A stretch of DNA of 62,934 nt, filler included, from Stramenopiles sp. TOSAG23-2 (GCA_900128395.1; 17 parts of 17 records of this genome joined end to end with filler, not necessarily neighbours in it), one strand, 5' to 3'. Shown: positions 10,113 to 24,646, counted from the first letter of the whole stretch. The notes: a model not told the origin generated them from the letters alone. Numbers and translations are program-made.

Positions 10113-13100
10113 GTTGAGAGATTTTGTTATCTTAATATTTATTTTACTTCTTTTTATATTTCTTCTTCTTTCTTGTTGTTTTACTTTTGTTTATTCATTA
10201 ATTCATTCATAAATAATGTATATGTTGTTTCGTAATATAAGCTTTATATATAAGTACCTGGTAATGTTAGTTAATGGTTAATGGTGTAATAATCTTTTCG
10301 CTGTTTTCTGTTGATATATATGATATAGGAAGAAAATATTTTAGACTATGTCTGGTATGCACGTATGGTATACTATTGAGTTAGATAAGCTAGTACGTAA
10401 AAATTTATTATCCATCTCTTATGTATAAATATAATGACTCTTTTTTTTTACACAGGAATGATTCTTGTTTTCTTGTAACCCGACCTGTCAGTTTCCATTA
10501 AATTCTTACCTGGTCTTCTAACAGGTTTAGGAGGTGGTACACCAAAATTATTTTTATTATTAGCTGTTGCCGCTCGTAATAATAACTCTGATGTTCTTCT
10601 TTTTTCTTGGTGTTTTGATTTTGTGTCATACTTTTTAAAAAATATTTTAAGTATGCATTTTGGTATACTAACATTCCAATCAATGTGATTTTTGGTCAAA
10701 TAGGAATATTAGTATACAGAATTCATATTTATAATAAGAAGAAGATGACGAAAAGTTGAAAACTTATTATTTTTTGGCCATTATTGTTTATTGTTTTCAA
10801 AAAAACATGTATATGGTGCATATATCATATTCTTAATGTTATAAAATAATACTGTTGATAGTATGCTATTCACATTTTTACAAAGTAGAAATTATAGAAA
10901 CAGTATCCTTGTCAATTCATAACAATGGATTTGCCAACGGGGACACCGGTTTCCATTACGGATTCCAAGCAACCTTATGTAAAAATAAATGAAATATCAA
11001 CAGTTTTTACATTTGGTATATATCCCTTTGGATAATTCTACTAATCAATTATATATATTAGTGCATGAATATAATGATTTACATACATATAGATATCTGT
11101 CAACATTAAAACTTAACGGCCTTGCCGCAACAAAAATGTGCGTGTGAAAAAATAATGATGTACAACAGTAAAGCTTTTTTTCGCACCATTTTTCCAAACT
11201 AAGGTGATTTTGGTATAAAGTGACATAATCGAAGAATATTATTTTTGGAGTATTCTAATTTTCCCTTTCAAGTATAATACAAGTATATAAATTATGTGTC
11301 ATTTGATAGGGTGTATCCGGATATTTTTTCTGATTTTCATTCATTTTCAAGTATAAATTTAGATTATTTGTCATTTGATTACATTGGATAGGAAGGAACA
11401 TAAAATCCCACAGAACTCCTTCACAAAAGTCGTTGCTTCTTTCTTCTTTCTCGTCTTCTATTTATTTATTTATTATTATTATTTAAAAATGACAAGTATA
11501 CATCACAACTGTCGTCTACCAATCAATGACAATCTTCTTCAAATGTATATATATATNNNNNNNNNNNNNNNNNNNNNNNNNNNNNNNNNNNNNNNNNNNN
11601 TTAATTAATTAANNNNNNNNNNNNNNNNNNNNNNNNNNNNNNNNNNNNNNNNNNNNTGAAAGTGCTGCGTTGTTTGGCATATTGTTATAATAATAATATA
11701 AATATATTGATGTTGTTGTTGATAATTTGTGCTACGTTTATAATGTTGTTTTGTTTTTGTTGTTGTATTAATGTTTCCTATGTTTCTATTATGTATACCT
11801 CTAATATATATATATATATATATATTTTCCAACTCCCTCTTTTTATTGTGTGTGTAGTGTGTAGATGTGTGGCTCTCTCTGCTCCGGTTTTTGGGAACCC
11901 TAATAAGAACATTAAAGAATGCTGTGTAGTGGTAGCTATAAGCAGCTATAGCTACATGTGTACATTTGTTTATTATTTCTTATTGGAAAAGGAAAAGAAC
12001 ACATTTCGTTTCCTTTTCAACATATGTAGCAGCGCAATATTGCACCGATCATTGGTCAACGACCCCACTGAACTTGAAAATGCCGACATTGTTGCATTTT
12101 CTAGACGACGCGATGTTCTTTAGGAATTTAATTATGTTAATCGCTGATTTATTATTTCCTAAATATGTATCAAAGCCTATAACTAGTCTGACATACATCA
12201 GTTGCTGTTTATCAATTATCTGGCTGGTATTTGTCAATTACTTGATGGTTATACAGGTCTCGTCCCCAGTACTCGTTGTAACACTTGGCATACGCATCGT
12301 ACGACATGTTTTTGCTTGCTATTAATTTCAAAACATCATTTAAAAATTTACGCAATTTCTGGTTAAAGATGTCATTACACAATGACGACTTCTTCATTCT
12401 TTTTCTGATAATACAACATGAACACCCATTTCTTTTGCAGTAGAATCCGCTTTCATCGTCATCGTTCCACTTTTCGTTTGAACTTTTGATCGAACCAGAA
12501 AGAAAGTATAATCGCTTTATCCAAGTTAGTATCCTGTATGGTTGAACCTAACATCCATTTGATAATTGCACCTTCAGTTGGTTTCTTTTTTTTAGACACT
12601 AATTCAATTTATCCATATGGATTCAATTTGAGATATAATGGACAACGCTGTAGCATGGAAAAATTGGTGAAATACATGAGGACTTTTGGTACCAATTTCA
12701 AAAAGGAAATTGGTATTCGAAAAAAAAACGATAAATTTCAATTATCATTTTATTGTTTGTCTGGTAAAATAAAATACAAAACGTTAAAAAGAAGAGAAGA
12801 CCTAGTAGTATTAAAAAAAAAATGGGCACAAGAGTCAATTGTAAAATTTAAAAGGGAAAACAATAGGCTAGTGGAAATGTCAATTCGTTATTTTGGGCTA
12901 ATAGTGCTGCGTGCCTGCTCTTCTAACACTTGATGTTAATGCTATTTTCATACTACAATCCTCGATTTGCAAAGTGCAGAAGAATAGAAGAATCCAACAC
13001 AAGATCGGCGTTGCACAACAACTATTATTATACTGTAAAAATAACTAAAACAATATATATAACCATCATGATGTAGTAGTAGATATAAACATACAACACA

Positions 13101-14200
13101 GACGAACAAACAGTTTAACATACCTAACCATTTAAAATAAAAGAAAAGAAAGAATAAGATACATCTCGTCAGTGGGTGGTTTGTGTCTATCTATACATAC
13201 ATATATATATATATATACCCAACTTTAGAAGTGAAAAAGTTTCATTTGTGAAATTATAACAACAACAAAAAAGAGGGGGACTAAAAACATGTCAGGAAAT
13301 AATAATAATAACGAAGAAGTAGCTAGTTGTAGTGTAGAAGAAACGCCACAACAAGGCCCAATCACAACGGCACAAGCATCTAGTCAACAAGCAAGATCAC
13401 ACGAAGTATTTGGTGATAGCAACTTAACATTTTTAATGATGGTTTTGATCTTGTTGCACTTGTTGCAATATTCTATGAGAGACCCTTGTACATGTTAAAA
13501 ACATAACATTCCCAGGACTAAACTTTTAGAACAATGTAAATAACAAAACAACCGTCGTCTTCTACATATCATAATAAGAGTGACAAACTTTTTTTTTTCG
13601 TGAGAAACATGAAGACGTCGACCATTAGAATCTATAAAAATGAGTGGCATGCACAAATAATACCATCTCAATTTATGTGTAGGTGTATATATAAATTTAT
13701 AAAAATATAAAGTATCACGATAATGAAAACATATATTATTATTTTTTACTAAAAAATACTAAAAGCTCTATATGCACACTTCGTATAAATACATATACAA
13801 GGAATTATCTCTACCACGCCACACGCGATTAAATCCCCTTCGGTCTTTAATAGCTCATCTTAACTAGCAAAGGTATATTAAAGTTGTGGCAATCAACTTG
13901 TCCGACGTTCTAAAATTTTGTGAAAAGGGGAAATATTGAAAAAGAGGAAAAGGTTACCGGGACCGTCTATAACTGATATTCAAATTTAAATAAAAATATA
14001 ATATAAAAAATATTATGAACGTAGACATTTACATTTTATCTAAAAAAATGAAAGACTCTACTCAACAACACTACACAGTATCATTACGACTCTTCAATAT
14101 TTTTTTCTTTTTTACGTATCTACATACGATTTTAAAATAATAACATATTACGTTTCTTATTCAACCATGTTATTAAAAAAAATGTTTTGTTTTAATTAAT

Positions 14201-15195
14201 TTATTGACCTAACCGTTTAATCTTTTCTGCTTTTTCAAGTTCATCATTATCCAAATCACCTACACGTATACCTTTATGACGATTAAATGTTCTTTCATCA
14301 ATTTCCGTTTGGCTGACTTGAGTATATGTAACATCACCAGCTTCTTCTTTATGGAAGATAACACCTGTAGTTGTTGTTGTAAGAAATCATTATATAATAT
14401 GTTAGTATGTTTGTATGTTGTAAGATATACGGTATGTGCATGATAGAAAATATGTATATACGTACCTGGTCTATCATCAAAGTAATTAATGGTTGGATTT
14501 TGTATTGAATCACGTCCAAGTTTTTCTTTCAATTCTTTAAACTTAGCACGTTCTTCCATGATTTGAGAAAATGATTTAGATGATTCTTCTGCATGCATAG
14601 ATGCAAGTTCACTTAAATCATCAGCATTTGATGTTAATATATTCATCTCCTCTGGGCTAACATCACGTAAATATTGTGCAGGGTTACCACTCCACAATTG
14701 ACCAGCTGGAACTTTTGTTCCAGGTTCTAAATTAGAGTTGGCTGACAATACGGATCCTTTCCCAATGGTACTACCGTCTACGATACTGTTTGTTCCTACC
14801 ATGCAGCCATCTTCTAGCGTGCTGCCATTTGTAACAGTTGCGCATGGCCCAACGGTTACACTATTACCAATGCTTACTGCTTTGTCGGTTGCATGTAGCA
14901 CCGCTCCATCTTGTATGTTTGCTTTCATACCGATGGTAATTTTTGCACCTTCCGCACGTGCACTTGCACTGTACCATACACTAGCACGGTCTGCAACAGC
15001 AACATCCCCAACTAAACGTGCACTTGGTGCAACAAAACATATATTGGATACAGTTGGTGATTTATCATTATGTGCTACGTATTGCGTTTGCGGCACAAGC
15101 GTTTCTACGTACACGGCACTACCTTGAAAACTTTGTCCAAATTTATCTAAACTTCGTCCCCATATACGTGCAAAAGTACCTAATGTTTTTAACAT
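14201..15195 (-). CDS. Gamma carbonic anhydrase-like protein (mitochondrial complex I-type, left-handed beta-helix); intron 14365-14465
   Basis: FVAPSARLVGDV.V...SVWY, ITIG.KANIQDG and hexapeptide repeats, VPAGQLWSGNPA. Basic amphipathic N-terminus. The GTACGT...CAG intron restores the frame to TAA at 14201. Confidence 0.88.
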
Positions 15196-15538
15196 GATGA
15201 TGGTTCAAATATTTATATTTATTTATATTTATATATTCCAGTAAATCAACTATTTGTGTCCACTATATATAAATGTTTACACACACGCAAAAATAAAAAG
15301 AGAGTTTGTAAAAAAACAAGATTGGGAGTAGGTTAAATAACACGCACACACAAACACCAATCACAGAGACGTACACAAAAAATTCGAAATGTCGGGGGGG
15401 AGAAAAATAAAAACGTGATTAATCTAATAATGTTTCCANNNNNNNNNNNNNNNNNNNNNNNNNNNNNNNNNNNNNNNNNNNNTTAATTAATTAANNNNNN
15501 NNNNNNNNNNNNNNNNNNNNNNNNNNNNNNNNNNNNNN

Positions 15539-18500
15539 ATTTTCATTTTGAACTATTTTAGTAATAGTAATTATATCTTTATCAATGTTACCAACATAAA
15601 AGCTTCCGCCGCGCAATGCATTATAATATGCATTACGGATATCCTCTTTCATCGCGATGACTATATCCTTGCAAGAAGTTGTTGTTGAATTGTCACTGTC
15701 TTTTTTTTCGTTGTAAAATTTAAATGTAATTTGCAACATGTGTTTCAAATATTCTGTAGAATCGTTGCTTTTTTTATTACTTCTCCCTTCTTTCAATGGA
15801 TATACTAGCATAGGTGTTTTTTGGGCCCAAATTGGCCACCAACTCAGACTATTATTACTATTTCGGTGCCGATGCGTATTGGTTGCCTGTCTTAATTTAG
15901 CACATTGTAATTCATTCAATACTAATCGTCTAACTTCGATAGGACATTTGCCTTGACGATCCCATAGCGCCTGACCTCGGTCGACGATAACTTCTCTTTC
16001 AATGCGCTTTGAAGCAGATCTAGGATTACCACCAACCGCCATAGGTGTACCAAAGTACAAACTACCTGACGGAATGCTTATCTTATAAATTACACCAGAC
16101 ATTGTAAATACATGTCGATCAAAAAAAACGGTCATAACATTATTACCAAATCCAATAGAGGATTTAGCTAATACAACATTTTCTGATACAATAGGAATTT
16201 TAGTTATCATAGAGGTAGAGTAAATACTACCTTTCGTAACAAATATAGGAGCGACCTTGATGTATGCGGACTTCCGTCGGTTCTTAAAAATAGGAAAGGC
16301 CTTTCCGTCATGTGATTGGAATTCAAATGAAATCGCTGTCGTACCACGTGGAATTTGAATTCTTTGATTTGATATTGCTGGTACATTTGATTTACTATTT
16401 TTTCGCTTTACAATAAACCTGCAGGTTTGAGATCCCAAAAAACCAGTTCCGGTTTTAATATGAAAGTCACTATCGTGTTTATACTCTTTTCTTTCCATTT
16501 GCGATTTATAAGCTACACCAGACAACAATTGGTATACCTTTCCATCTTCCAATCGTTTATACGCTTCCCCCTCCAGCAATTGTCTAGAAGACAATTCAAT
16601 TTCTCTTTCAAAAAGGCGCAAATCACTTCTGCATGGTGGAGAAAACCCCCTCTTTCGCCAATTTGATATATTTTGCATATCTAAGCGTAAAAGACGTTCA
16701 TTTCTAGCTTTTTCAAACCTTTTTTTATCAAGATACTCCCGGGCACCGTAGTCCTTTTTTTTTTTAATTCTTTAAAGAAGTTTTCTGCGATTTCAATGTT
16801 ATTTGTTTTACAATATATACTGATTAGAATATTATAAGTGTCCGCGGTTCTAACAATACCTTTCTCTTCCATTTCGTTAAAAATGGTCTCTTCAAAACCC
16901 ATTTTAAAATTTTCGTGGTTTCCATACATCGCGATAATCGCATTATACATTGTGATTGATGGTTCGATTACACTCATAGAATCTTCTTCTGATGCACTAG
17001 AGCACCGACTTTGCCCATTACTGTTTTCTAAAACTACAGTGAACGTAGATTCTTTGCCAAATGCTTTGCGAGATGCCACTGTAATTAAATTACTAATTTT
17101 AATTCCAAAAATGAATGTAATATTGCTGCATTCGTTATCATCTATATCTTCTATATTTTGTTTTCGCATTTCCAAGGCAAAAAAATGCTGATTATTTTGA
17201 TCTGTTTCGACTAAATGATATTTCTCTCCATATGGATGGCAATAAAGTAAGCATCGCTTAATTTTTTTAGCCTCCATTTTATCCACTCGGAAAGTTACTT
17301 TACATAAATATGTGGTACCAGAATCATTTTCTATGACAGTCTTAATAGAGTGTAATACTTCCTTTGGTTTAGATGGGACTGGAATAATCAAAGATTTGTG
17401 AGCTATTTCGTCTTTACCGCGTAAAGGACAGTGTTTTAGGTCCTGTGTAATTGGATAATATATATTGTGCACGTTTGCAAAATCTTTATCATACCATGTA
17501 TTAACATGCCCCCGATGTAAAACACGCAACCATATAGCTTCCGCTGCTAGTAAGATCCTATGCGTCAACATATATTGGTTGCATGCAAGAAAGTCATATA
17601 TGGAATTACTAAGTAAAATTTCATCCTCGCCATCGTCTGTTTCACTTAGCGTGAATGCTATGCCTTCTAAAATCGTAATTCTCTCAATTTTGCCTTGCGT
17701 TATATCATGCAAAGATTTATATCTCGCATAGCCCGGTAGCTCTAGATTTTGATTGGACTTTTCAAGCTTTTCCAGCTCAAGCACTAAATGGGCATCACAA
17801 AGATCACGGGGGCTGAAACCCGCGTTGTTCAATTCAAACGGATCGCATACGGCATCAACCAAAATTTGAGCAATTCGATGAAAGCCTTGGCTTGCTGCAA
17901 CATGCAATGCTGTATTTCCGGTAGCACTTCTTGTATATGGTTCCCCCCCCGCATTTAATAATTGTAAAACCATTCGCTTTTGCCCTGACATAGTTGCACG
18001 TATAATGGGGGAGTGTAAGCTTTCAACTTGAGCATTTATCCCTGCATTGATAGATTTTTCAATGTAGGATAATTTCTCTTCCTCCTCTTCGGTTTCCAAA
18101 TCTCCCAATGATATTTGAAATTTTAAACTACGTTGCTTGGTGAACATAGAATCTGCTATAAATCCAAGTTCCTTGACAGGTTTTCCAACGAATGCACTTT
18201 GTGGGCTTTGATATTGATGTACATCCATGGCCCAACCTTTCAACTCGTTGAACATTGTGCCTAAAATGTAATGAAGTGGCGTGTCAATTTCCGCCATCAT
18301 CTCGATTGCAACGTTAAAAGCACCGGAGCCATTTATGACTTTATATATTGTTTTACAATTACTTTCATCAAAATGCACAGCAGATGGGTCTAAATCTATG
18401 ACATTCCCAGCAGCATCTATTCGGGGCTTCTTGTTCATCAACATTATCACCCCAATCAATTTTTTCTCGTCGTTTAAACCTATTCTTTCAGAATCTTTTT

Positions 18501-19275
18501 TCATTTGTTTTGTTGAATAAATTGGAACGCCTAGTAAATTTTTTGTTCTAAAATCCATTTCAATATCTGCACTAGCTGAAAAAAATGTATTTTCAGTTAC
18601 ATCATCTGATTTGTAAATAAAATGGCCATTTCCGACATGTATCCATTCTGGATCTTCTGTCAACGTCTTTGTGTCATTTACTGTTATACTATTGTACACC
18701 ATACCTTCTATCCCCTCATTCATGGCAATTGCAAAAGTGTGAAGTTGGCGTGTGCCACTTTCAAAATAACTGGTGTATAAACGCTGCCGTACATTGTCAA
18801 CTAAGTAAAGAACCGCTCGGCTTGCTTCAGACATTTTTGCACAAGCTCCAGTTATGAAATTTTCAACAGGTTGAGTCGCTTTTCTCCTATTCGACATTGT
18901 CATGGCGGTTTCAAACAGGAGCAGATTTACTGCCACTGTGTTTCCAACATTAGCTGCAAAGTGTAAAGGCATCCAGCCACTTTTGTTACACGCAAACTGG
19001 TTAGCGCCATTTCTAAGAAGGATAATAATTAAAGTGCCAGCATGCCCACTATGGTCTTGATTGTCCTTCTCTTGCATATTGCTATCTTTATTACGGAGGC
19101 TGTGGCACACCCAATGTAACGGAGTATTTCCAAGTTCATCCCTCGTATTGACATCTGCGCCCTTTTCCAGCAAAGTAACTACCACCGGAACTTGCTGTGC
19201 ACCTAACTCGTTACCATTGCGACAGGCGTGTAGTAAATACAGGTTATACGATTCGATCATAAGCTCGTCAGACAT
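15539..19275 (-). CDS. Large ankyrin + GAF-like + ankyrin + PPR protein, 3'-truncated; one frameshift at an A11 run (16755-16765)
   Basis: Ankyrin (GADVNTRDELGNTPLHW; GWMPLHFAA; GNTALHVAA), GAF-like (DFRTKNLLGVPI...LIGVIMLMNK...F), PPR (PSITMYNAII; DTYNILISIYCK..NIEIAENFFKEL). The frame of ORF 15491..16678 stays open upstream to the A11 run. Confidence 0.7.
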
Positions 19276-19455
19276 TGTTGAAATATAATTTTTAATTGAA
19301 AAAACAAAAGTTTATGNNNNNNNNNNNNNNNNNNNNNNNNNNNNNNNNNNNNNNNNNNNNTTAATTAATTAANNNNNNNNNNNNNNNNNNNNNNNNNNNN
19401 NNNNNNNNNNNNNNNNTTTTTTTTTTTACATTTTTTATACACAACAATGAATCAT

Positions 19456-19899
19456 TTAATCTTGTTTCGAATATGGAGATTTACCAAAAGATAATACATA
19501 ATTATCTACATAGCTTACAATTTCACTTTGTTTATGTACTGCTCTCCATTTTTGATCTTTCGCAAAATTCTCATTGCCAACTTTCCATGACCAACCAATT
19601 CTTTGTGCACCAGTCATTGGAAATTTAAATTTCTCTTGTGGTGGTCTCATGGATGCTTTCATAATTTCTTCTATTTCTGGATCTGCTGCACTATCTTGGC
19701 TTGGATCGGTGGTTCTTAATTTCTCCGCTAATGCAAATGGATCTACTTGACATGGTTTAGGTGGGATTGTTGCTCGTGATATAGCTTGTGGATTAACACG
19801 AAAATTTTCACTAAACTTTAAACATGCTTTTTCTTTTTTTAATGTTTCTGCCCAAATTTGATTGGCTTGTACCGGGTTGAAATGTGATCCTAAATCCAT
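19456..19899 (-). CDS. CFAP144: FAM183/CFAP144 ciliary microtubule inner protein
   Basis: NQIWAETLKKE, FRVNP..IPPKP, RPPQEKFKFPMTGAQRIGW, SEIVSYVDNY fit the FAM183 family pattern; 147 aa. Confidence 0.75.
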   Translation of the reverse strand: MDLGSHFNPVQANQIWAETLKKEKACLKFSENFRVNPQAISRATIPPKPCQVDPFALAEKLRTTDPSQDSAADPEIEEIMKASMRPPQEKFKFPMTGAQRIGWSWKVGNENFAKDQKWRAVHKQSEIVSYVDNYVLSFGKSPYSKQD

Positions 19900-20481
19900 C
19901 TTTGATTATATATTAATGGTGTTTATTCTATATATCTGGTTTGTTTATGTATATATATATATATATGGAGAAGATTATGTATATGTATGTATGTATGTAT
20001 GACAAAATGGTACTTTGATTATATATTAATGGTGTTTATTCTATATATCTGGTTTGTTTATGTATATGTATATGGAGAAGATTATGTCTATGTATGTGTG
20101 TATGTATGACAAAATGGTTTATATATTTTGTTTTTTTGGGGGAGTTATTAGATTTTTTGTTGTTACGTGCAAGTTGTTGTTGTTGTATGTTGTTGAGTTG
20201 TTGTGTGTGAAGATTGCAAATTAAATATAAAACGCGTTACTATGGATAAAGTATAATAAATCTAGCTGTTGCCGAAGGGAAGAAAAAAACGCCACGTGAT
20301 CTGATATCTTGTATCTTGTATAGTAAAGGTTATTTCTTAGACTATTAACAATTTCTGAATGCTATTTTATATTAATATTGCACAAAAAAACACTGTCGTC
20401 AAAAAAAGCTAGAATCTCACTTCCTATCAAATTACAGTAATTTATACTTATATTGGATATTAGAATACTCTCTTGATTTTA

Positions 20482-23190
20482 CTAAAACTCTCCAAGACCA
20501 TCAACAACCAATTCAATATCACTTGTACGCCTTGTTGTTTTTCTGCTTTCTCCACGATTGTTCCTCAATGCATTTTCTAATGGATTTGGTGCCCATGTAC
20601 GATTTATACTACTATTCGCTTCTGTTGTACTTCCACCGTCGTTACCTTTTTTCCGTTCCATATACATGTACCAAGCGGAAAAAAATATACTACCAACAAA
20701 TGGACAGAGTACTAAAATTAAAAGAAACGGGTCCATTGGATGATCATAAGTCCCATCCGTACTTTTATGTAAACTTGCTGCTCTAGAGGACGAAATTGCA
20801 GAAATAATCACCAGCAAGCTCAAGCAAATATCTTCTGCGAAATTTAAATACATATGTGGAAACGGCTTCAAATATACATGGAACGTCCGAACTACTAAAA
20901 AACCAATCGTAAGCATTACAAGTTTATTTTCATGATTCATTGGCAATGCTGCGATACTAATTAAAAATAATCGACGTCCCATATCTATTGAGGTATACCA
21001 CCAACATTCATCACGATACGATTTTGTAACTACAAGCATCCACCTATTATTCTTCACGTCCTCCTCTTCGCGTTTCAATTTTGCATAACGATATAATAAA
21101 TATGGCACCAATGCAATACCAATAATACCTATCATTGCAAATAATTGCCAGATCCAACTTGTATCTTTAAAACAAATAATTTCAGGAGCACTGTAAAGTA
21201 TTAACGTATTTCCGACTGGTCGACAATTAATAAGTTGAATTAAAAATTTTGTCGTTGATGCATATAATGATAATAAACATGTTGTTATTGCCGGTTCAAA
21301 ATTTGCACGTTTTTTTTCATTTTTACGAAAGATATAAATACATATCGGCCAACATAATAACATTAATATACCCATGGGATATATATTAAATGCTAATTTA
21401 CTAATTGGTGTTAAATTTGGTAATAAACAACTGAATGGATTTTCAGTCGTTAGTTTATCATTACTATTACTATCTGAATGATCTGCTTCATTCGTTGCTA
21501 CATTAAAACTAAAAAGCATTAATAAAGGGCCAATAACACGTTTTACTAATTGTGATGGATTTAATACTAAACCAACGACTTGGTAAAAAAACATTAAATT
21601 CTTAAATATTAATGTGAATAAAATATTTTTGGTTGCAGCCAGATAGGTTTTCTGTAATAAATACACAATGAATACCATACCAATTGGAAAGGGAATGATA
21701 AACCAAAACCAATTTGTGTGTGTACATTTACGACATATGGAACTACCTAATACTTCACTATAACCAGAGATACATGAGCCACATAATGGGGTTGATGGAT
21801 CACGATTTGTTGCACAACCTTTTCCACTACCAACACGACACCCTATTCCATTTATGTCAAACGTTTCAAGGGAAGTACCGTTAAAATGAGGACAACATTG
21901 ACCACCACTGCATTCAAATACTGATATTTCACCCTGGTGTGTATCGATATGTCCAATGTGTCCATAATATCCTGGTTGTACATAGACATCATCTCTTCCC
22001 ATACAAACTGCACCAATTGTTGGGCAATCGTGACATATTCCACCAGAAATTACATTATATTGTTGTGCTGGACATGGGTTCCCATACAAACTGCACCAAT
22101 TGTTGGGCAATCGTGACATATTCCACCTGAAATAACATTATATTGTTGTGCTGGACATGGGTTACATGTTAATACTCCATCATTACTTGTTGAGGATTGA
22201 AATCCTTTCCTGCATTGACGAAGTGTTATTGTTGCATTTACAGGTTGTAATTTTTCTTGAGTAAACTGTAATGATATTTGTTTATCTATTAAATTGGATG
22301 GTGCACTTATAATTTTCAATTCATTTAAATCTGAAATATTTGCAATGCCTGATTCGCGAATTAAAAATACGGTCGAACCTTGAAAATTAATTAGTTTATC
22401 CTTTCGCAAACGAACTGATGCGGTGTATTCATTATCTTTAATTTCAGTACAACTTCTACCAAATACATCTTGTACTTGTAAACTACCTTTTAATTGTATT
22501 CCTGGCGATATGGAAGTTGGTATTAATGTGCCTGGTTTACTGATGGTAAGTTTATATGGAGATGTAGCAATGTTGCAATTGATATTTGCGTGGTGCTTCC
22601 TGTTATCGTTTTGATTTATATATGTAATAAATTTATATTAATGTGCCTGGTTTACTGATGGTAAGTTTATATGGTGATGTAGCAATGTTGTTAATATTTG
22701 CGGGTTGTTTCTTGTTCTTATTATTATTTGTATATGTAATAAATTTATTATGAAAGCATGTTGGTGCAAAGTAAACTTTCGTAGGTGTTTGAACAGATGT
22801 TGGTTGTATAATATCAATATAAATTGAATTGCCAGCGTTATAATTTGCCTTGTTATTGGAAAATGTTGTTTTGCCCGTAAATTTGAGTGATGTACCGCAT
22901 TCACCACTGCTGGATAATGGGCCAGGGGAAAATGGAAGTCGTATGGCACCACCACCTTTGACTGCAGTATTGTTTTGAAATGTACAATTATTAAATCTTG
23001 GATTGGTATTAGAATCTGCGATATAAAGACCACCACCACGACCTTGTGCTACATTACGAATCCAAATAACATGATTAAATATAGGTTGAGCTTGGTATTT
23101 AATATATACACCACCTCCACCATAATTACTATTTAATGCTTTATTTTCTTGAAATGTACAATTATTAAATCTTGGCTTGGTATTAGAACT
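20482..23190 (-). CDS. Large surface membrane protein: GGA/FxxN beta-helix repeats, Cys-rich repeats, multi-pass C-terminal TM domain; 5'-truncated and broken by assembly duplications
   Basis: CTFQENKA..GGGVY and FQNNTAVKGGGAI repeats at 22940-23190, CxxCP repeats, PLCGSCISGYS, about 8 hydrophobic segments and YRDECWWY..DM.RRL. Frame breaks coincide with duplicated blocks near 22000-22170 and 22525-22700. Confidence 0.65.
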
Positions 23191-23290
23191 NNNNNNNNNN
23201 NNNNNNNNNNNNNNNNNNNNNNNNNNNNNNNNNNTTAATTAATTAANNNNNNNNNNNNNNNNNNNNNNNNNNNNNNNNNNNNNNNNNNNN

Positions 23291-24040
23291 GGAGTCTCTT
23301 TTGATCCAAAACGTACCCATTGATCATATTTTAAAAGAGCATCTTCGTATAGTGCATGCCTCTCTGTATTCGATGGTTTAATATTATCATAACACATTGA
23401 TAATGCTGCAATAGCAGTTCCTGTATCAGCAATATATACTTTCATGATGAAATAATATATATATATATATGATTTTGTTAGGGAAACTGTGTTTAATAAT
23501 AGGTGTGGTAGATAGATAGATACATATATATAATAGAGAGAACAGGGGAACACATGACGTACCTTCTGAATATCCCGTATCCCAATATCCACCTATAGTA
23601 TTAATGGAAGTTGTGATATCATGTTGTAAAGATACAAATGTATCACACCATTTTAATGCTTCATTTAGATATATATCTTTTCCACTTATTTTATAATTTG
23701 AAATTAACACTCGTGCTAAATTACCATTAATAAAAATTGATGTTTTTAAAGTATCTTGTATACCAGTTATGTTGTTAGACGATAGATCTAATGTTAATAT
23801 CCAATTGGATATTTTATCCAACATTTCTGTAACAATTTTGTCATTGTTTGATTCTTTAATCGTAGGTTCTCCGGAACAGACACCATCAGGTGCACAAGAA
23901 TTACAACCAGAACCACAGTCTGAAATTGTTTCACAATAACTATTGATACAATGGTCACTTGATGGAAGTGCATTAATAATAATATTATTATTACTAGAAA
24001 ATAATAATGCTATTATAAATAATATATTATAAAGTACCAT
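23291..24040 (-). CDS. Secreted protein, Cys-rich N-terminus then possible alpha/alpha-toroid (six-hairpin glycosidase-like) domain; intron 23439-23562; 3'-truncated
   Basis: Signal-peptide-like start. IFINGNLARVL..Y...G...YL.EA..WCD..V.LQ. The GTACGT...AAG intron joins GYWDTGYSE to VYIADTGTAIAAL. Confidence 0.55.
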
Positions 24041-24646
24041 CTTTTTTTGTATTGTCTTTCTTATTAAAATTTTCCAAATCTATCCCATATATATATATAT
24101 GTTTGAGATCGTATCGTCAAATGGCATGTAATTTATACCTGATATATCTATATATCCACAGCGATCAATCGAGTTGTAAACAGTCTATATATTATATATT
24201 TGTCTATTTTATCCTCCCTTTTGCCTCTTCTTGTGGCGCAATTTTTTTAGCAAAAAGGCTTGTTTTGTTAAGGATTTTATCATATGTTGGGTTGGAAGGA
24301 AGAACCCGAAATCGTTCATTAAAGGATACAATAGCGTTATTTCGCTTGTGGAGGCTAAGCCAGCTAAAACCTTCAAAACCTTAACCTTCAGCCAAAAAAT
24401 TCATTATTAAAATCTTAATAACAATAATAATTTCAATATAATAATAAATACAAAGATAAAGAGAGGTATAAATATACTCAAAATTCTATTCTAAAATGCG
24501 GAAATATATATATACATATAGATATAATAAATATAAATCAAAACATCGTATACGAGGATATCCTTACTACGTATACTAGAATAATCACTAATATAACAAT
24601 AGAACAACAATATATATAACGAAAGAAGAAAGTTTAAGATAAGGAA

